In this document: one piece after another, positions 13,730-26,333 of the stretch | Numbering within the stretch: position 1 is the stretch's first letter | Layout of the letters: each line of letters starts with the position of its first letter | Source of the DNA: the human T2T-CHM13v2.0 reference genome, Homo sapiens | NCBI RefSeq assembly: GCF_009914755.1 | Contig: NC_060926.1 | Strand: one strand, 5' to 3' | Length of the DNA stretch: 64,000 bases | Position numbers and translations under genes: made by a program | The notes under the pieces: generated by a model | Seen by the model: only the letters and a program-made list of their open reading frames with translations | The model's database searches: none | What the model was told of the DNA's origin: nothing

Positions 13730-16056
13730 CTGATACAGTATTCTTAAAGGTCTAATACATTTTTATTTTGAACTGTTTGACTCAGATACATCATAGTAAA
13801 GGTATAATTTCCTAGGCATAAATTTATTTAGATCACCCATTCAGTGACCATCATTTATAAGTATTACACTGATCACTAAGAGGTATTTGCCTTGTTATTG
13901 AGTGTACTTAATTTCCAAATCTATGATCTTCCCTTCTTTAACTTCTTAAATAGTGTTAGATAAGATTGTTTCATTCTATTTGTTCCAAATTAATACTATC
14001 CGCAACTGAAGTATGTCCCAATCTGCCTCAGCTTTTTGGAACCAAGGGTAACACTCCTGGAGATCATAAACATCAAATCAATATACAATAAACTACTTTT
14101 GAGGTATGATATCTTCCTCCCTGAGAGAGTGCAATAAATTTTGGGCTTCCTCGTTTTATAGCTTCTGATGGGCACTAAGAGAACATTAGTTGGTTTAATT
14201 AAAATGGCACACATGTAATTACTCAACCTGATGCTAAAATGGTGCAGTCTTTTATTATACTCAAAGCAGTGTCTTATATGACAGCCAGTGTCCCTTAAAG
14301 CAATACTAAGTTTTTTATTTGTTTGATTTTTTTGTGTTGGTTTTGGTTTTAACAGCAAATGCAATAAAATCCTAGGACTCCCAGACTGAACCAGTAAAAC
14401 AAACCAACTGTAGCTATTGGTATACATGCAGAGATGTGCTGACAAGTTAAGGCATACAAACATAACAGTATTTGTATAACTAAATAAATAAAAATTTTTT
14501 AAGTTATTTAAAAGTAAGTGAACTGTTACTTTTAAAGATAGCAATTGGGCAATGTGACTTTTCCAGCAGAACTTACTCTTTGCCAAAATTGGGATGTTGT
14601 ATGTGAGATTATTCCATAAATCCAATGGCACATTTTTAGTTTTTTATATTCATTCTCTAGCCATTGTCAATTCTTCCTGCATAAAGTTGAAAGTTAGAAG
14701 CCATGACACAAGTTAAAGAAATGTTTTACTTTTTATCCACTTGGACAATGCATCACGGCTGTGGTTATCTGTACCCATTTCACATCTCCACTTCTTTGAG
14801 CAAGAATGGCTTGTTGAATCACCCGGTGGCCTGCATCGGTGGATGTGAAGGAGTGAATGCATTGTGCTACTAGGCAAAGGCCTCCTCATGGGTTTTCTTG
14901 ATTTCCCTCTCACTGGGGTGGAGCTGATTCTTTCCCACAGCAAGTGAACAAGGCTGCCAGGGTTTATTCCAGTTGGATGGCCTCAGAGCAATTAGGGTAC
15001 ACTTTAATTACTAATGAGCCATTTAGATTTATGCAGAAACTTCAAAAGAAACTTGAGTTATTTTCTTACTTTGCATGCTTCACATGTCTTGGCCCTTAAA
15101 AAGCTCAAAATATTGAGCCTTTCTTTCTCCATGCAATAGTCCAAACAATCCCAATCTGAAGCATAAAAAAACTATTTCTTTGAGATCTTTACCCCTCAAA
15201 ATGCTAGTGAATAACATTGAATATTCTGCCATGTTCATAGAAACATATTATGTAAACTTGGGTAATTCCAAACACACTCTTTTACCCTGTTTTTATAGTA
15301 TTTATTTGGTACTGATTTAGAATGTATATAGACTTTTGATTCAATTTACTGATTATCTTCTACAGTTAATAAAACAGTTGCTCTCTTCCATAATGTACTG
15401 TGTTTGTGTGCAATCTAGTCTCTACCAACAGATAATGTCCAAGCACATTATTTGTTTTACAGGAACATATATTGGAAATCCTTGGCTGGTCTCCATGAAG
15501 TCCTCTCCACAAAGGACTGCTAGTACAAACCCAATTTCCTCTAGACTTCTGCAGAAGAGGCTAAAGTATGCTAAAAGCTAACTTGCTTCCCACCAAGTAG
15601 AAAAGTCTTACATTTCAAGTTCTACATAGTGCAGAGAAGGCCAGAGTGAATCTGGAGAAATCACATTGCAACTTCAGCTTTGGGAAATAATAGCCTTCAT
15701 CAGAAGTAATGGAACTATGAGAAACAATTAGGAAAAGAAAGATTGACTGGAGTCATTGGGACTTGTGTCCTTCTGGGCTCTATTTCAGCTAGAACCCAGG
15801 AGACATCTAGTAACTATGCCCAAATGGATGATGTTCTAGAAATCCAGCTCAGATAGACCCCAGAGACCTTCAGAAAGCCCCATGCTGCCATATGCGGTTG
15901 AGGGCAATGACCTGGAGAAGTGACTCTTGATTCGTGTGTTATGACCAAGAGGGTTTGAGGCATGCACAGTGGCTGGTACAAAACCCAAAGAAATTTTCTT
16001 CATTAAGATCTACACAAATTCTGATGCCTTTGTAATAATCTGATAAAAGGCCCACC

Positions 16057-16237
16057 AGCCGGCTGTGGTGGCATACACCTGTGGTCACAGCTACTTGAGA
16101 GGCTGAGGCAGGAGGATCACTTTAACCCAGGAGTTTGAGGCTTCAGTGTGCTACGATTACACCTATGAATGCCCATTGCACTCCAGCCTGGATGGGCAAT
16201 ATAGTGAGACCAAATCCCTAAAATAAATAAATAAATA
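16057..16237 (+). mobile_element. Alu monomer (FAM-like)
   Basis: Single arm that retains the 7SL-like segment acctatgaatgcccattgcactcc (FAM consensus cctgtgaatagccactgcactcc), followed by an A-rich tail. Confidence 0.75.
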
Positions 16238-16849
16238 ATTGTAGAAATAAACATTTTATTTCAAAAAAAAAAATAAATGACAAATTTTTTTTAAAAAGAT
16301 CCACCCAATGAATGCCTATGCTTCTACTTTAGAGGCAGTTAACTTCCCAAACAGGAAGTCTAATAGCAGATCTCCTTTTAGGCTTACATTCAATAGAAGA
16401 CAGAGCTTCAAACAACCCTGTCTCTGAATTGCCTCTGATCACTATGCATCTAATACCCTGAGTAAAGCAATACGTTAATCAAGTCTCAGCCACCTGTTTA
16501 AATCCCACCATAATAAGATAACATATGCAAAGACTAGCACAGGCCAGGAAGTGTTGGCCCTCTTCCTTTTTTCCCAGCAAGCACACAGAGATGATGTAAG
16601 TTTTGCTATCAAAATAAACTTATGTATGTAAAAGCACAAGTTTTGCTGTCAAAATGAGCTTAGGTATGCAAAAGCACTCATTGAATACATCAGTATCGAA
16701 TTTTAAAATAGTACTATTCTGCTGGTTTTTGTTCCATGAGACTAAAATAAAAAAGTAGTTGTTAAACAAATTTACCTAGGCTCTTTCATGTTAAGCCCAA
16801 TTACTAGTCAATTTTATCAGTATAATTCCAGCAAAAATTCATTTGGATT

Positions 16850-17290
16850 ATAATCAAAATGAATAATTTGATACGTGAACAAAATTTATGTGTAAGATTG
16901 TTCATCAGTATTTTATATATTTATAGCTTTGAAAATTTGAAGCAGTTTAGTTATGCAACAACAGGTGATTGTTGAAAATTATGGTACTACTCAATAATTA
17001 AATTCATGCTGGAAAGTAATATTTAATAACCTAGGAAAATAATTATAATTTATTTTTAGCCAAGAGAAACAGGTTATAAAATAGTATAGAGAGAATATAT
17101 GTAAAACTACAAACACACACACATACATATACACATACAGAAAGATATGGCATTTATTAAAAATACTTAAAAGAGATATACAAAAATGTTAACAGTATAG
17201 GAATTCTGGATTAAAAAATACATTTGTAATAAATTGTGTATATTTTCCACAGTGAATATACATTATCTTATAGGGAAAAAAGCAGTTATT
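16850..17290 (+). mobile_element. L1ME-type 3'UTR remnants
   Basis: A-rich, with degenerate L1 3' motifs (aagattgttcatcagta, aaaatgttaacagt, ttttccacagtgaata). Confidence 0.45.
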
Positions 17291-17871
17291 AAAATGAAAA
17301 GAGTCAACATAGTGAAAACAATTAGTCAAACTGGCCATAAGAGATTATGTAGGCAAAACACCTGGCTGATTGGATTTTCCAGTTTTCTGCTGGTTGTTTT
17401 GATTGTGTGTAGGCATAGCCTCTTTTGTTAGTTTAGAAGCACAGGCTTGCATAAAGTCCAAATGAAGAAGATATGGATAAGAATAGCAGAGGTTGTTAAT
17501 TTTTCCATTAGACCCACCATCTGATTCTCTTCAGGCTCATGTCTCTTGAATCCAGGATGAATTTCATAGCTCAGTATTTCAGTTAACTCCTAGCAGGGCT
17601 AGATGTTATTCGTGGTAATGGTGGTCTCCTGTTTCTTGTGAAGTAGTCTAAGGCAGATGTCCAAGAAATCCAGATGTTAAGGAATATCACTGATTTTAAA
17701 GATACAAGAGTATTTCATATTCTTATAACAAGGGAGGCATCACAAAGCAATAGGCAAAAAAAAGTGGCTACAGAAAATAGTCATTTACAGGGTAAACACA
17801 AATCACTTTTGCATATTATAAAAAGTCAAGACTCTCAGGCACTCTCCAGGCATTTTTAGTTTTCCCTTACC

Positions 17872-18208
<337 letters not shown>

Positions 18209-19099
18209 CTAAGATAGTAGCCTAAATTATTTTTAAAAAATTACTTGGGCTTTTTCCATGTATTAGTTATTACCTCTAAATCATGGTTAATTTATTTGTC
18301 TTGGGTGGACTGTTTTCGTAGCACCTTTCTTGTTGAGAAAAGCAGTGATACATACATTTCCTAGTAGGTGGTGGTCTTTCTTTCCATTTTTATTTTTATT
18401 TTTCATTTTTACTTCCCAATTTAAACTTGGAAACAGCCTTTGAATACAGACTTTCTAGAGACAGCCACAATACTTGCTACCAAGAAATGTTGGTAGTGAG
18501 AAATTCCAAGGACATCTTTGAAAAATGCTTCATTTTAATAAAATATTGTCATATACTTGTTTATCATATTTGCTTTTCTTGTCTTAAAGAAATCTTATAT
18601 AAAGCACGTGGCCATAAAGACTGAGCTGACCATGTCCTGGTGTGAACAGAACATAAGGCTCTCCATCAGTGCTTGCTGCTTCTGCAGGCATGGGAGTTGG
18701 GAGGCATGTAGACAGTTTGTGGCTACACAGAAAACAAACCCTAGTGTATGGGGTTAGGCTTGGCCCCAAGTGCTTGGCATGGAAAAATGCTTTTAAAGTA
18801 AGGCATTCAGTATGAGTGAAGGGACTTCCTGTCAACATGATGTTATTTCATTAACTAATGGGTTAGTAAGGAATAAACTAAAGAATATTTTAAAAATCTT
18901 TTTTTAAAAAAAGCTGAGCTTCAGGCACATCTCTGCTAGCCAATAGCCAAGAATTCCAAGATGAATAGAATAGGGATGATAATGTTCTCCTTGATATTCT
19001 GAAATGTGGACAACATATAGCTACATATGTCCACTGCCAACCCTACCCCCGGGATACTTGGTGTCCCTTGTGGAAGTCCACATTTTTGTTTAAACCATA

Positions 19100-19287
19100 G
19101 CACTTGCCAACTTCTAACACAAGATACAATATACTTACTGTGTCTTTAGTAGTTCCCTTCCACTAGAATATAATCCCCATAAAGGCAGGATTCTTCTGTA
19201 TTTTGTTCATTAATCTACAAACCAGCACCTAAAACCATGCCTAACTGATAGTAGGCGCTCATTCAATATTTTGTGAATGCATGAATG
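19100..19287 (+). mobile_element. L2 3' end fragment
   Basis: cactagaatataa...ggcaggat...cagcacctaaaaccatgcct...tagtaggcgctca...tattttgtgaatgcatgaatg. Confidence 0.7.
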
Positions 19288-19347
19288 CCTTATGTACAGA
19301 CCACATGCACAAGTGAGATTATATGAGTTTGTAAACGTAAATCATTG

Positions 19348-20141
19348 TGTGTCCAGAATTGGTTCCTTCTGTTGGGTTCTTGGTCTCGCTGACTTCAAGA
19401 ATGAATCCATGGACCCTTGCAGTGAGTGTTACAGCTCTTAAAGATGGTGTGTCCGGAGTTTGTTCCTTCAGGTGTTCAGACGTGTCTGGCATTTCTTCCT
19501 TCTGGTGGGTTCTTGGTCTCACTGACTTCAGAAGTAAAGCTGCAGACATTCGCAGTGAGTATTACAGCTCTTAAAGGTGGTGCATCTGGGGTTGTTTGTT
19601 CCTCCTGGTGGATTCGTGGTCTGGCTGATTTCAGGAGTGAAACTGCAGACCTTTGCAGTGAGTGTTACAGCTCTTAAAGGTGGCACAGACCCAGAGAGTG
19701 AGCAGCAGCAAGATTTATTGTGAAGAGCAAAAGAACAAAGATTCCATAATGTGGGAAGAAACCCAAGCAGGTTGCCGCTGCTGGCTTGGGTGGCCTGCTT
19801 TTATTTCCTTATTTGGCCCCGCCTACATCCCGCTGATTGGTCCATTTTACAGAGTGCTGATTGGTCTGTTTTTATAGAGTGCAGATTGGTACATTTACAA
19901 ACCTTTAGCTAGATGTAGAGTGCTGAGTGGTACATTTTTACAGAGTGCTGATTGGTGCGTTTACAAACCCTTAGCTAGACACAGAGTGCTGATTGGTGCG
20001 TTTTTACAGAGAGCTGATTGGTGCATTTACAAACCTTTAGCTAGACAGAGTGCTGATTGGTGTGTTTACAATCTTTTAGCTAGACAGAAAAGTTCTCCAA
20101 GTCACTACCCAACCGAGAAGCCCAGCTGGCTTCACCTCTCA
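19348..20141 (-). mobile_element. Solo LTR12 (HERV9/ERV9 LTR)
   Basis: The minus strand starts tgagaggtgaagccagctgggcttct and ends ...ccaattctggacaca. 4-bp TSD attg at 19344-19347 and 20142-20145. Tandem gctgattgg enhancer repeats and U5-type repeats (gacttca...gcagtgagtgttacagctcttaaag). Confidence 0.93.
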
Positions 20142-20769
20142 ATTGTATTTTCACTTAGAGAGTTAACTGCTAAAAAAAATTCTCTTATGTGATTGCCCTC
20201 ATTAAGTTTGCTAATGCGTACTCAAAGAAGTTTTGTAACATTTTCTTCCAAAATTTCTAAGCACCTTATTTCTGGTCCTGTGTATTTTTACCCTACTTTA
20301 TGGAGACTCAGAGCAAACCTTCCTAAATCACCTCCTGCTTTAAATTGTGTCACACTCTACTGCCTTGGGCTGTGTGCTTACAAAAGATTTAGGAAAGTTC
20401 TTTTGAGGCAATCAGGGATTTCTATTTATGCATAGTGGGATAATTTGTATTTATGAAATATTAAATTATTTTGATTATATTTATGAGCTTTTATGGCTCA
20501 TAAAGAAACAATGGGATCTATTTATGTTTTTGTCCTCATTTTTCTCCCACTCCTGATTTCAAGAAGGAAGCCAGATATTTTGCCCTCCTTTTCTCAGGTA
20601 CTATGTTATGTAGCAAATTCTGCTGATAAACAGCCTTTTCCTAAGATGTTGTGAAAGCTGAAGCTTACTATGGAGCTTATGCCAGATGTCACCGAGGGAG
20701 TGGGAGGAGAGATTGCCATTGGGTTCAGGAAAGACTGGAGGGACTAGATGAAGAGGAATGCAAATGGCC

Positions 20770-21005
20770 TAGAGTATGGACTTTGGCTCTTACTTGGAGT
20801 TGGTTGGGAAGCCATCAGAGAGTTTTGGGCAGAAGAGTGGTATGTTCTGACCTCATCTTAACAGGCTCACTCTGCTGCTTTGTTGAAAATAATCTGAAGG
20901 CGGCAAGGGATGTAGCAGGGGGAAGAGCTGGAAGCTAATGCAATAATCTTGGCAGGGGATAACGATGGCTCAAACTAAAGTGGTGGCAGTGGAGTTGGTT
21001 AGAAT
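20770..21005 (-). mobile_element. L2 internal fragment
   Basis: ggactttgg...tgggaagccat...gagttttgggcagaagagtg...tcactctg...atggct...aaagtggtggcagtggag is typical antisense L2. Confidence 0.7.
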
Positions 21006-21149
21006 GTTCAGCTCTTGGGAGAGCAGACCTTTGAGTAATATTTCTTACAAGAATTAGGCAGCATTTTGACTCATTTAAACTCTCTCTTCACTGCACCCCT
21101 TTGGGATATATTCCTGAGACTGTTGGATTTGAATATAGTCTGCAGATGT

Positions 21150-21240
21150 GGACGCAGCAAAGCTAGCTGACTCACACGGGAATTGAACTCATAACCTTGA
21201 TCTTATTAGCTTCTGCCCTAATCAATTTAGCTAACATGGA
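21150..21240 (-). mobile_element. tRNA-Ile(AAT)-headed ancient SINE (MamSINE1-like) / tRNA-derived pseudogene
   Basis: The minus strand reads gttagctaaattgattagggcagaagctaataagatcaaggttatgagttcaattcccgtgtgagtcagctagctttgc. It aligns to tRNA-Ile-AAT (GTTAGCTCAGTTGGTTAGAGCGTGGTGCTAATAACGCCAAGGTCGCGGGTTCGATCCCCGT) and continues into a SINE-like body. Confidence 0.7.
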
Positions 21241-22664
21241 CCAAGAAACTATAGAGGCTCATAGACCTTCTTTCATCAAATCCTGTATAACCTTAAAATT
21301 ATCTGCCAACCTTAGATAAAATCCTACGGTTTCTTTGCTTTTGTTGTTGAAACAGTATTAAGTGCCTATCAAATTGACTTTAAAAATAACGTAAAGTTCA
21401 CAGAGAGTTCTGCTTGTAAAACAGCAAGCCCTGTCCATCATGGACTCATGTAGCCATTCTCAAAAAGTCAATTTTTAGATGTCCATTTTGATGGTCTTTC
21501 TTAAATTGGAAAATAATTAAAATTTTCTGAATTTGCTCATTTGTCCACAGGGATCAATTCACCTTCTGGGCACACAGTTGTACATTCTAACAGAATTACA
21601 CAAGGCAAAGAAGTACCATATATTACAGCTCAAATGGTAATAAGAGATGGAGATAACCACCTCTTGAATAATAATTTTTAAACCCTTCTTTACCCAAGGC
21701 ACAATGTTCCTTCACAGGAGAATAATCACGTGGGAGAACATGCCAATTATAAGGCAATTGGTTTGTTTTTCTAGCAGACTTGCTTTATTAGGAGTCCCCT
21801 AATGTGTTACACATTCTGTTACAAAGTGTGACAATTTACAGTGCATTCTGGGGATTTCAGAAAAGGGAAAGATCTTGCAAATTATTATCTGTGACAGAAT
21901 TATAATTTTACAAATGATTAATCTCAATCATCCATCTCTTTTTCCTCTTGGGTTAAGCAGGAATATTATATCCTGCAAAATTAGCTGTCAAAATGTGAGC
22001 TCGTGGTTTTGGAGTATTTGTACGTCGGGAAAATGAAAAGAAGATCTTTATTAATGAACTGGATTAAATAAATAAAAAGGTTTTTGTAGGAGACATGCTA
22101 CTCTGTTGCTACAATATGTCTCATGATTTCCCAGTAGCCAGATGATATTTACCAAATTAAATCGGGGCTCAGTATGACTGTATTACTGGTTTCTGGGGTT
22201 ACCTTTCCACCTTAGTGTGTTATTTTTACATATGCCTGTCTTTTGGGCTGGGTACACATGCTAATGCATATTACTGTCCTTCGTTATTCAACTTACACTA
22301 ACTAGAGGTAAATATTTTGATGACAGAATCATTTGGAAAGTATTTGGGAGTGGCAAAAATTGTACATACATCACCATACTGGTGTTGAGGTCAGAAAGTA
22401 GCAGTTCAGGAAAGGGGAGAGGATTTAAAGGGAAAATTACACATCAAGAACCATGTGAACAGATGAAGCAATCTTGAAATCAGGCATCTTACCAAACATT
22501 ATTTTGTAACTTCCGGATAATTAACTTGAAGTTGCCATTATGCTTATAGTATATCACCTACAACTTTAGCTTGTAATTATGTATATATATATATGTGTGT
22601 GTCTTCATCCCAATAGCTAGGCTACAAGCTCAATTCCTTTAATATAGCAGACATTCAGTTAATA

Positions 22665-22720
22665 AAATAAGAAAAAAGACAAAAAGAAAGAAAGAGAAAG
22701 AGAGAAAGAAAGAAAGAGAA
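22665..22720 (+). repeat. (GAAA)n-like purine tract
   Basis: Directly visible. Confidence 0.8.
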
Positions 22721-25704
22721 TGGAATATTGAGAAAAGCAGGTGATTAAAAATAATGGTGGCTCCTAAGTTGGGCTGTGTAGACACCAATCACAGGATAAA
22801 CACCAAAACAACTGACATCATGATATATTTAACTTGGAAGAAAGAGTGAGAGTCTGAAGCTTTCCAAACTCACAAAATAGAGCAAAAAACAGAGCTTTTG
22901 CAAAGGCTAATAATGTTCATGGTTGCTTCTTATGCAAAGACATAGCTACTGCATTCTTCACCTCTGGCTATGCTGAGAATTCCTGTGATTCTGTTTAAAA
23001 AAAAAAAAAAGTGGGTGTTTGGACCCCACCTTAGATCTGCTGATTTTTAAACTCATCAGAATTTCCAGACCTCAGTGTATTTTAAAGTTGCACCAGGACA
23101 AGTAACCCTGAGGGTTGGCCAGAGGTGAGGACCCTTGGCAAGGATTGTTGCTGTCATCTTTGTTGAGGAAGGGCTAGAACTGCTGGACTCTACTCTCTTT
23201 CCTCTTTAGGACTCTTGTTTTCACCTGTATCTTCAGTTGAAGGATGGAAAACCTTGTAGATGATACCTTATTAGGAAAAGGAGTTGATAATAAGGATACC
23301 TCTGTGCCAGAACTGGAACTGTCACAAGATGAGGCCACTCCAGAGGCCATCTACAAGTTCCTTCATTATCCTGAGCCACATGTTTGCTCTGTCTCTATAA
23401 ATCTCTCTCAAAAAAAGTGCACACAGTGACATGTCTTTTTCTTTCTACTGTCTATGGAAATGTTTCCTCATTGTTTATCTGCTCAGTTTTGGGGGATTTT
23501 TTTGGTATATGTGGAACCTGTACTTCCTCTTAATTTCTGCTTTTCATAACTTCAGTTTCCTTCCGATCCAGGAGACCTGCACAGGCTCTGGCTGTAATAT
23601 CCTGTCAGCCTCAGCTCCCCATGCTAGCTACTTCACCCTCCAGAGAGACTGACTGGCTCAGCTCATCTTTGCACAAAAGGCTACATCTTAGAAGAAATTC
23701 CTTTGGGTCAAACGCCTCTTCTAATGCAGTTATCTGGGGCTAGATGTTTGGAATCACGATGACCAAAATATGTCTGCCTCAGGGTGGTCTCTTAGAGGAA
23801 GTGTGCATATGGTAGATACCTGGTATTGTATACTCTATGGCTCTACATTAGTTGTGTTTTAGAGGTATTTATATACATGTCTCGTCTTCCGATTTTTAAG
23901 CTCCTGGGGAACTAATGCATTTTTATATGAGCAGTAGTATTTAGCAGCATGATTGGCATACTTTCTATATTCAATGCATATTGCATTGATATGTATAATT
24001 ATATTGCTCTCACCTTCTTTCCCACTTTATTCTTTTTTGACTCTCTCTCTTCATTCCTTCTTTTATCCCTTCTTTTGTTCCTTCCTTTTTTTCCCACAAC
24101 ATGTAAGGATCTATTATGCCAAAGACAACACGAGGCACCTTAATATCAAAAATGTTAAAGATGTATTTACCACTATTAAGATGCTCCCTGTCTAGCAGGG
24201 CAGAGATAGCTATAGTAGGATATTATGTTAAAAATAGAGTGTTTGTCCTCCTCCTATTTTTCCTTCGCCTATTTCACATACCTTAGTCATTCCTTATCCT
24301 TTTTTTGCTTTATGGACTTTTTCAGGGTGGAAAACAGAAGAAGCAGATGTTAATGTTTCTTTTCGCCTTTTCTAATGCCTAAACTCATCGAAGGGATGTT
24401 GAGTGTCCCAGAGGGGAAGTTAGAGAGGGTGTTTCTCTGAGGAAACAAGACACAAGAGGAAGAGAGAGTCCTACAGCTGGGAGGAAGTGTGTGCATGGGG
24501 CGGGGTTCCCTGGAGGAGTGGCAATCTTGCCCTCTCTTTGGCAGCACCCCAGGGAGGTGGCAGACCCCAAAGCAAATGGTTTTGTGCTGCTCCCTGGTGA
24601 GGCACCCAGCTTCACCACAGCATGGGAACAGCAGAGTCTTTCTACCTCAAGCAGTAGGCAGGGACATTAATCACGGGGAGGTAACCAGGGTCCAGAGAAC
24701 CCATTTTACATCTTCAGAGGGACAGGACACTGGGACCTCTATACAGTAACAGGCAAGGAGGATTTTCCACTGGGGAATGCAATAGAACTGGAAGCTGGCT
24801 GGGTCACATGGGGATTGGAACAAAATTTAGGTAACTTTAAAAGACAGAAAGAACTACTATTTCTTATTAAGTTTGTGAAACTCATATATAAGCAAAAAAA
24901 TATGACTAGAAGATAATAAACTAACTTCTAATAGCAGTCATTATAACATACTCTAAGACCATAGAAAGGAAGGAAGCTTAAATCTAATTTAGGAAAATCC
25001 TTGCTGCTTGTGACCATTAGCATGACCTTGTGGAGTGTGTCTCTGACTTTAGAGGCAAAACTAAAACCATACACCAGAAAATATAAACAGACCTACACAC
25101 TATGGGATGACACTCATGATGCCTCATCGTTATCAGTCATGTGAGATGCCAACTGCCCCTTGGAGGTTGCTCACTGTCTAACCAGAAGGCAGTGCTCATT
25201 TTCTCACTGTTCTCACAAGTATTTTATTGTTCAGCTAATCCGTTTCACCTTTTGACATCTCATTCAATTTCCTTTTTTGAGAACTGAAGGTGCTACTTTA
25301 GAGAAATTTGGGGGCAGTTTGAACTTGTATATAGAAAAGTACTTACAATTTACAAAGAATCTTATTAAAGTTACGTACATAAGTAGTTTTTTTTGGCATA
25401 AACAATTTAAAGCATATCAGCATTTCTCCCAACAAAGTATCTCAATTATATTCTAAAACCTCATAAAAGAGGCTATTTATTTTAACAAATCAAAAGGCAT
25501 TTTTTGCTTAAGTGCTATCTCATTCACACAATCATATTTATCAATAAACACATGAGGCCAGGACCTATGTTAGTGTTGTGTGTATAGAAGTAAATAATAG
25601 AAAAGGCTCTCGCCTTCAGTGAGATTGCAGTCTAGTAGGGGAGACCAATATTACACAAATTTGAAAAATTGTGAGAAAAGCCACCAAGGTCAAGGACAGG
25701 GTAT

Positions 25705-26186
25705 TGAAGAGGATCAGACCATGCTACCCTAAAATATGCCACTTGGCATAGCATGATTTTGAGCTAAAGGCAATCAAGAATCAACAGAGGCTAGAAGAGT
25801 TCTCTGCCCTCGCATATTTGCCTAAAAGCACAGAATAAATTTTTGAACTCCTCCTTCCTCCTCCCACTCCATCATTCAGAGAAGGAATACTCTTATTATC
25901 AAAGACAGGGAGTCAATACCAAGATGAGTTTGCATAAACAAACCTTACTAAAATAGCCCTTACCTTCAATTAGTTCCTTCACATATATCCCAGTCACTTC
26001 TGCATAATTTATGGTCTCTTGAAGTCCAAACCTTCTTTCCTTTCTTAAAAGGGTATATAAGCCTCTAAGTCTATTTATTTGAATTTCTGTAGACTGCCAT
26101 GCATGTAAATATTAATAAAAATTTTAATTTGCATGCCCCCAGGAACTAAACGTAAAAGGGAGAGAAAAAAGTTTTCCTTCTTGACA
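25705..26186 (+). mobile_element. MER34-family ERV1 solo LTR inserted into an antisense L2 fragment
   Basis: Starts tgaagaggatcagaccatgctaccctaaaatatgccacttggcat...ttttgagctaaaggcaat. Contains tatataa and aataaa, and ends ...aagttttccttcttgaca. Confidence 0.7.
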
Positions 26187-26288
26187 GAGTTTAAGAGAGA
26201 GTAAAACTAGTGACCAATATAAGAGTAAGCCAAGGAAACACTTCTTGAGAATTGAGGGTGGGGCTGAGTCCGAATGATGAACAGGGGC

Positions 26289-26290
<2 letters not shown>

Positions 26291-26331
<41 letters not shown>
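26291..26331. repeat. (GT)n microsatellite, ~20 units
   Basis: Perfect GT run. Confidence 0.97.

Positions 26332-26333
<2 letters not shown>

Noticed and set aside
19319-20192. Cluster of overlapping ORFs with repeated peptides, and a regularly spaced repeat array resembling CRISPR
   Set aside because: These are the internal tandem repeats of LTR12. There are no unique spacers or cas genes, and the context is eukaryotic.
21168-21240. Functional tRNA-Ile gene
   Set aside because: The stems and A box are too degraded, and the sequence continues into a SINE-like body.
23190-23429. Possible exon: pyrimidine tract plus AG at ~23209 and a 61-aa acidic ORF (23244-23429)
   Set aside because: No recognisable protein similarity and no convincing matching donor or neighbouring exons. 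It cannot be supported without RNA data.
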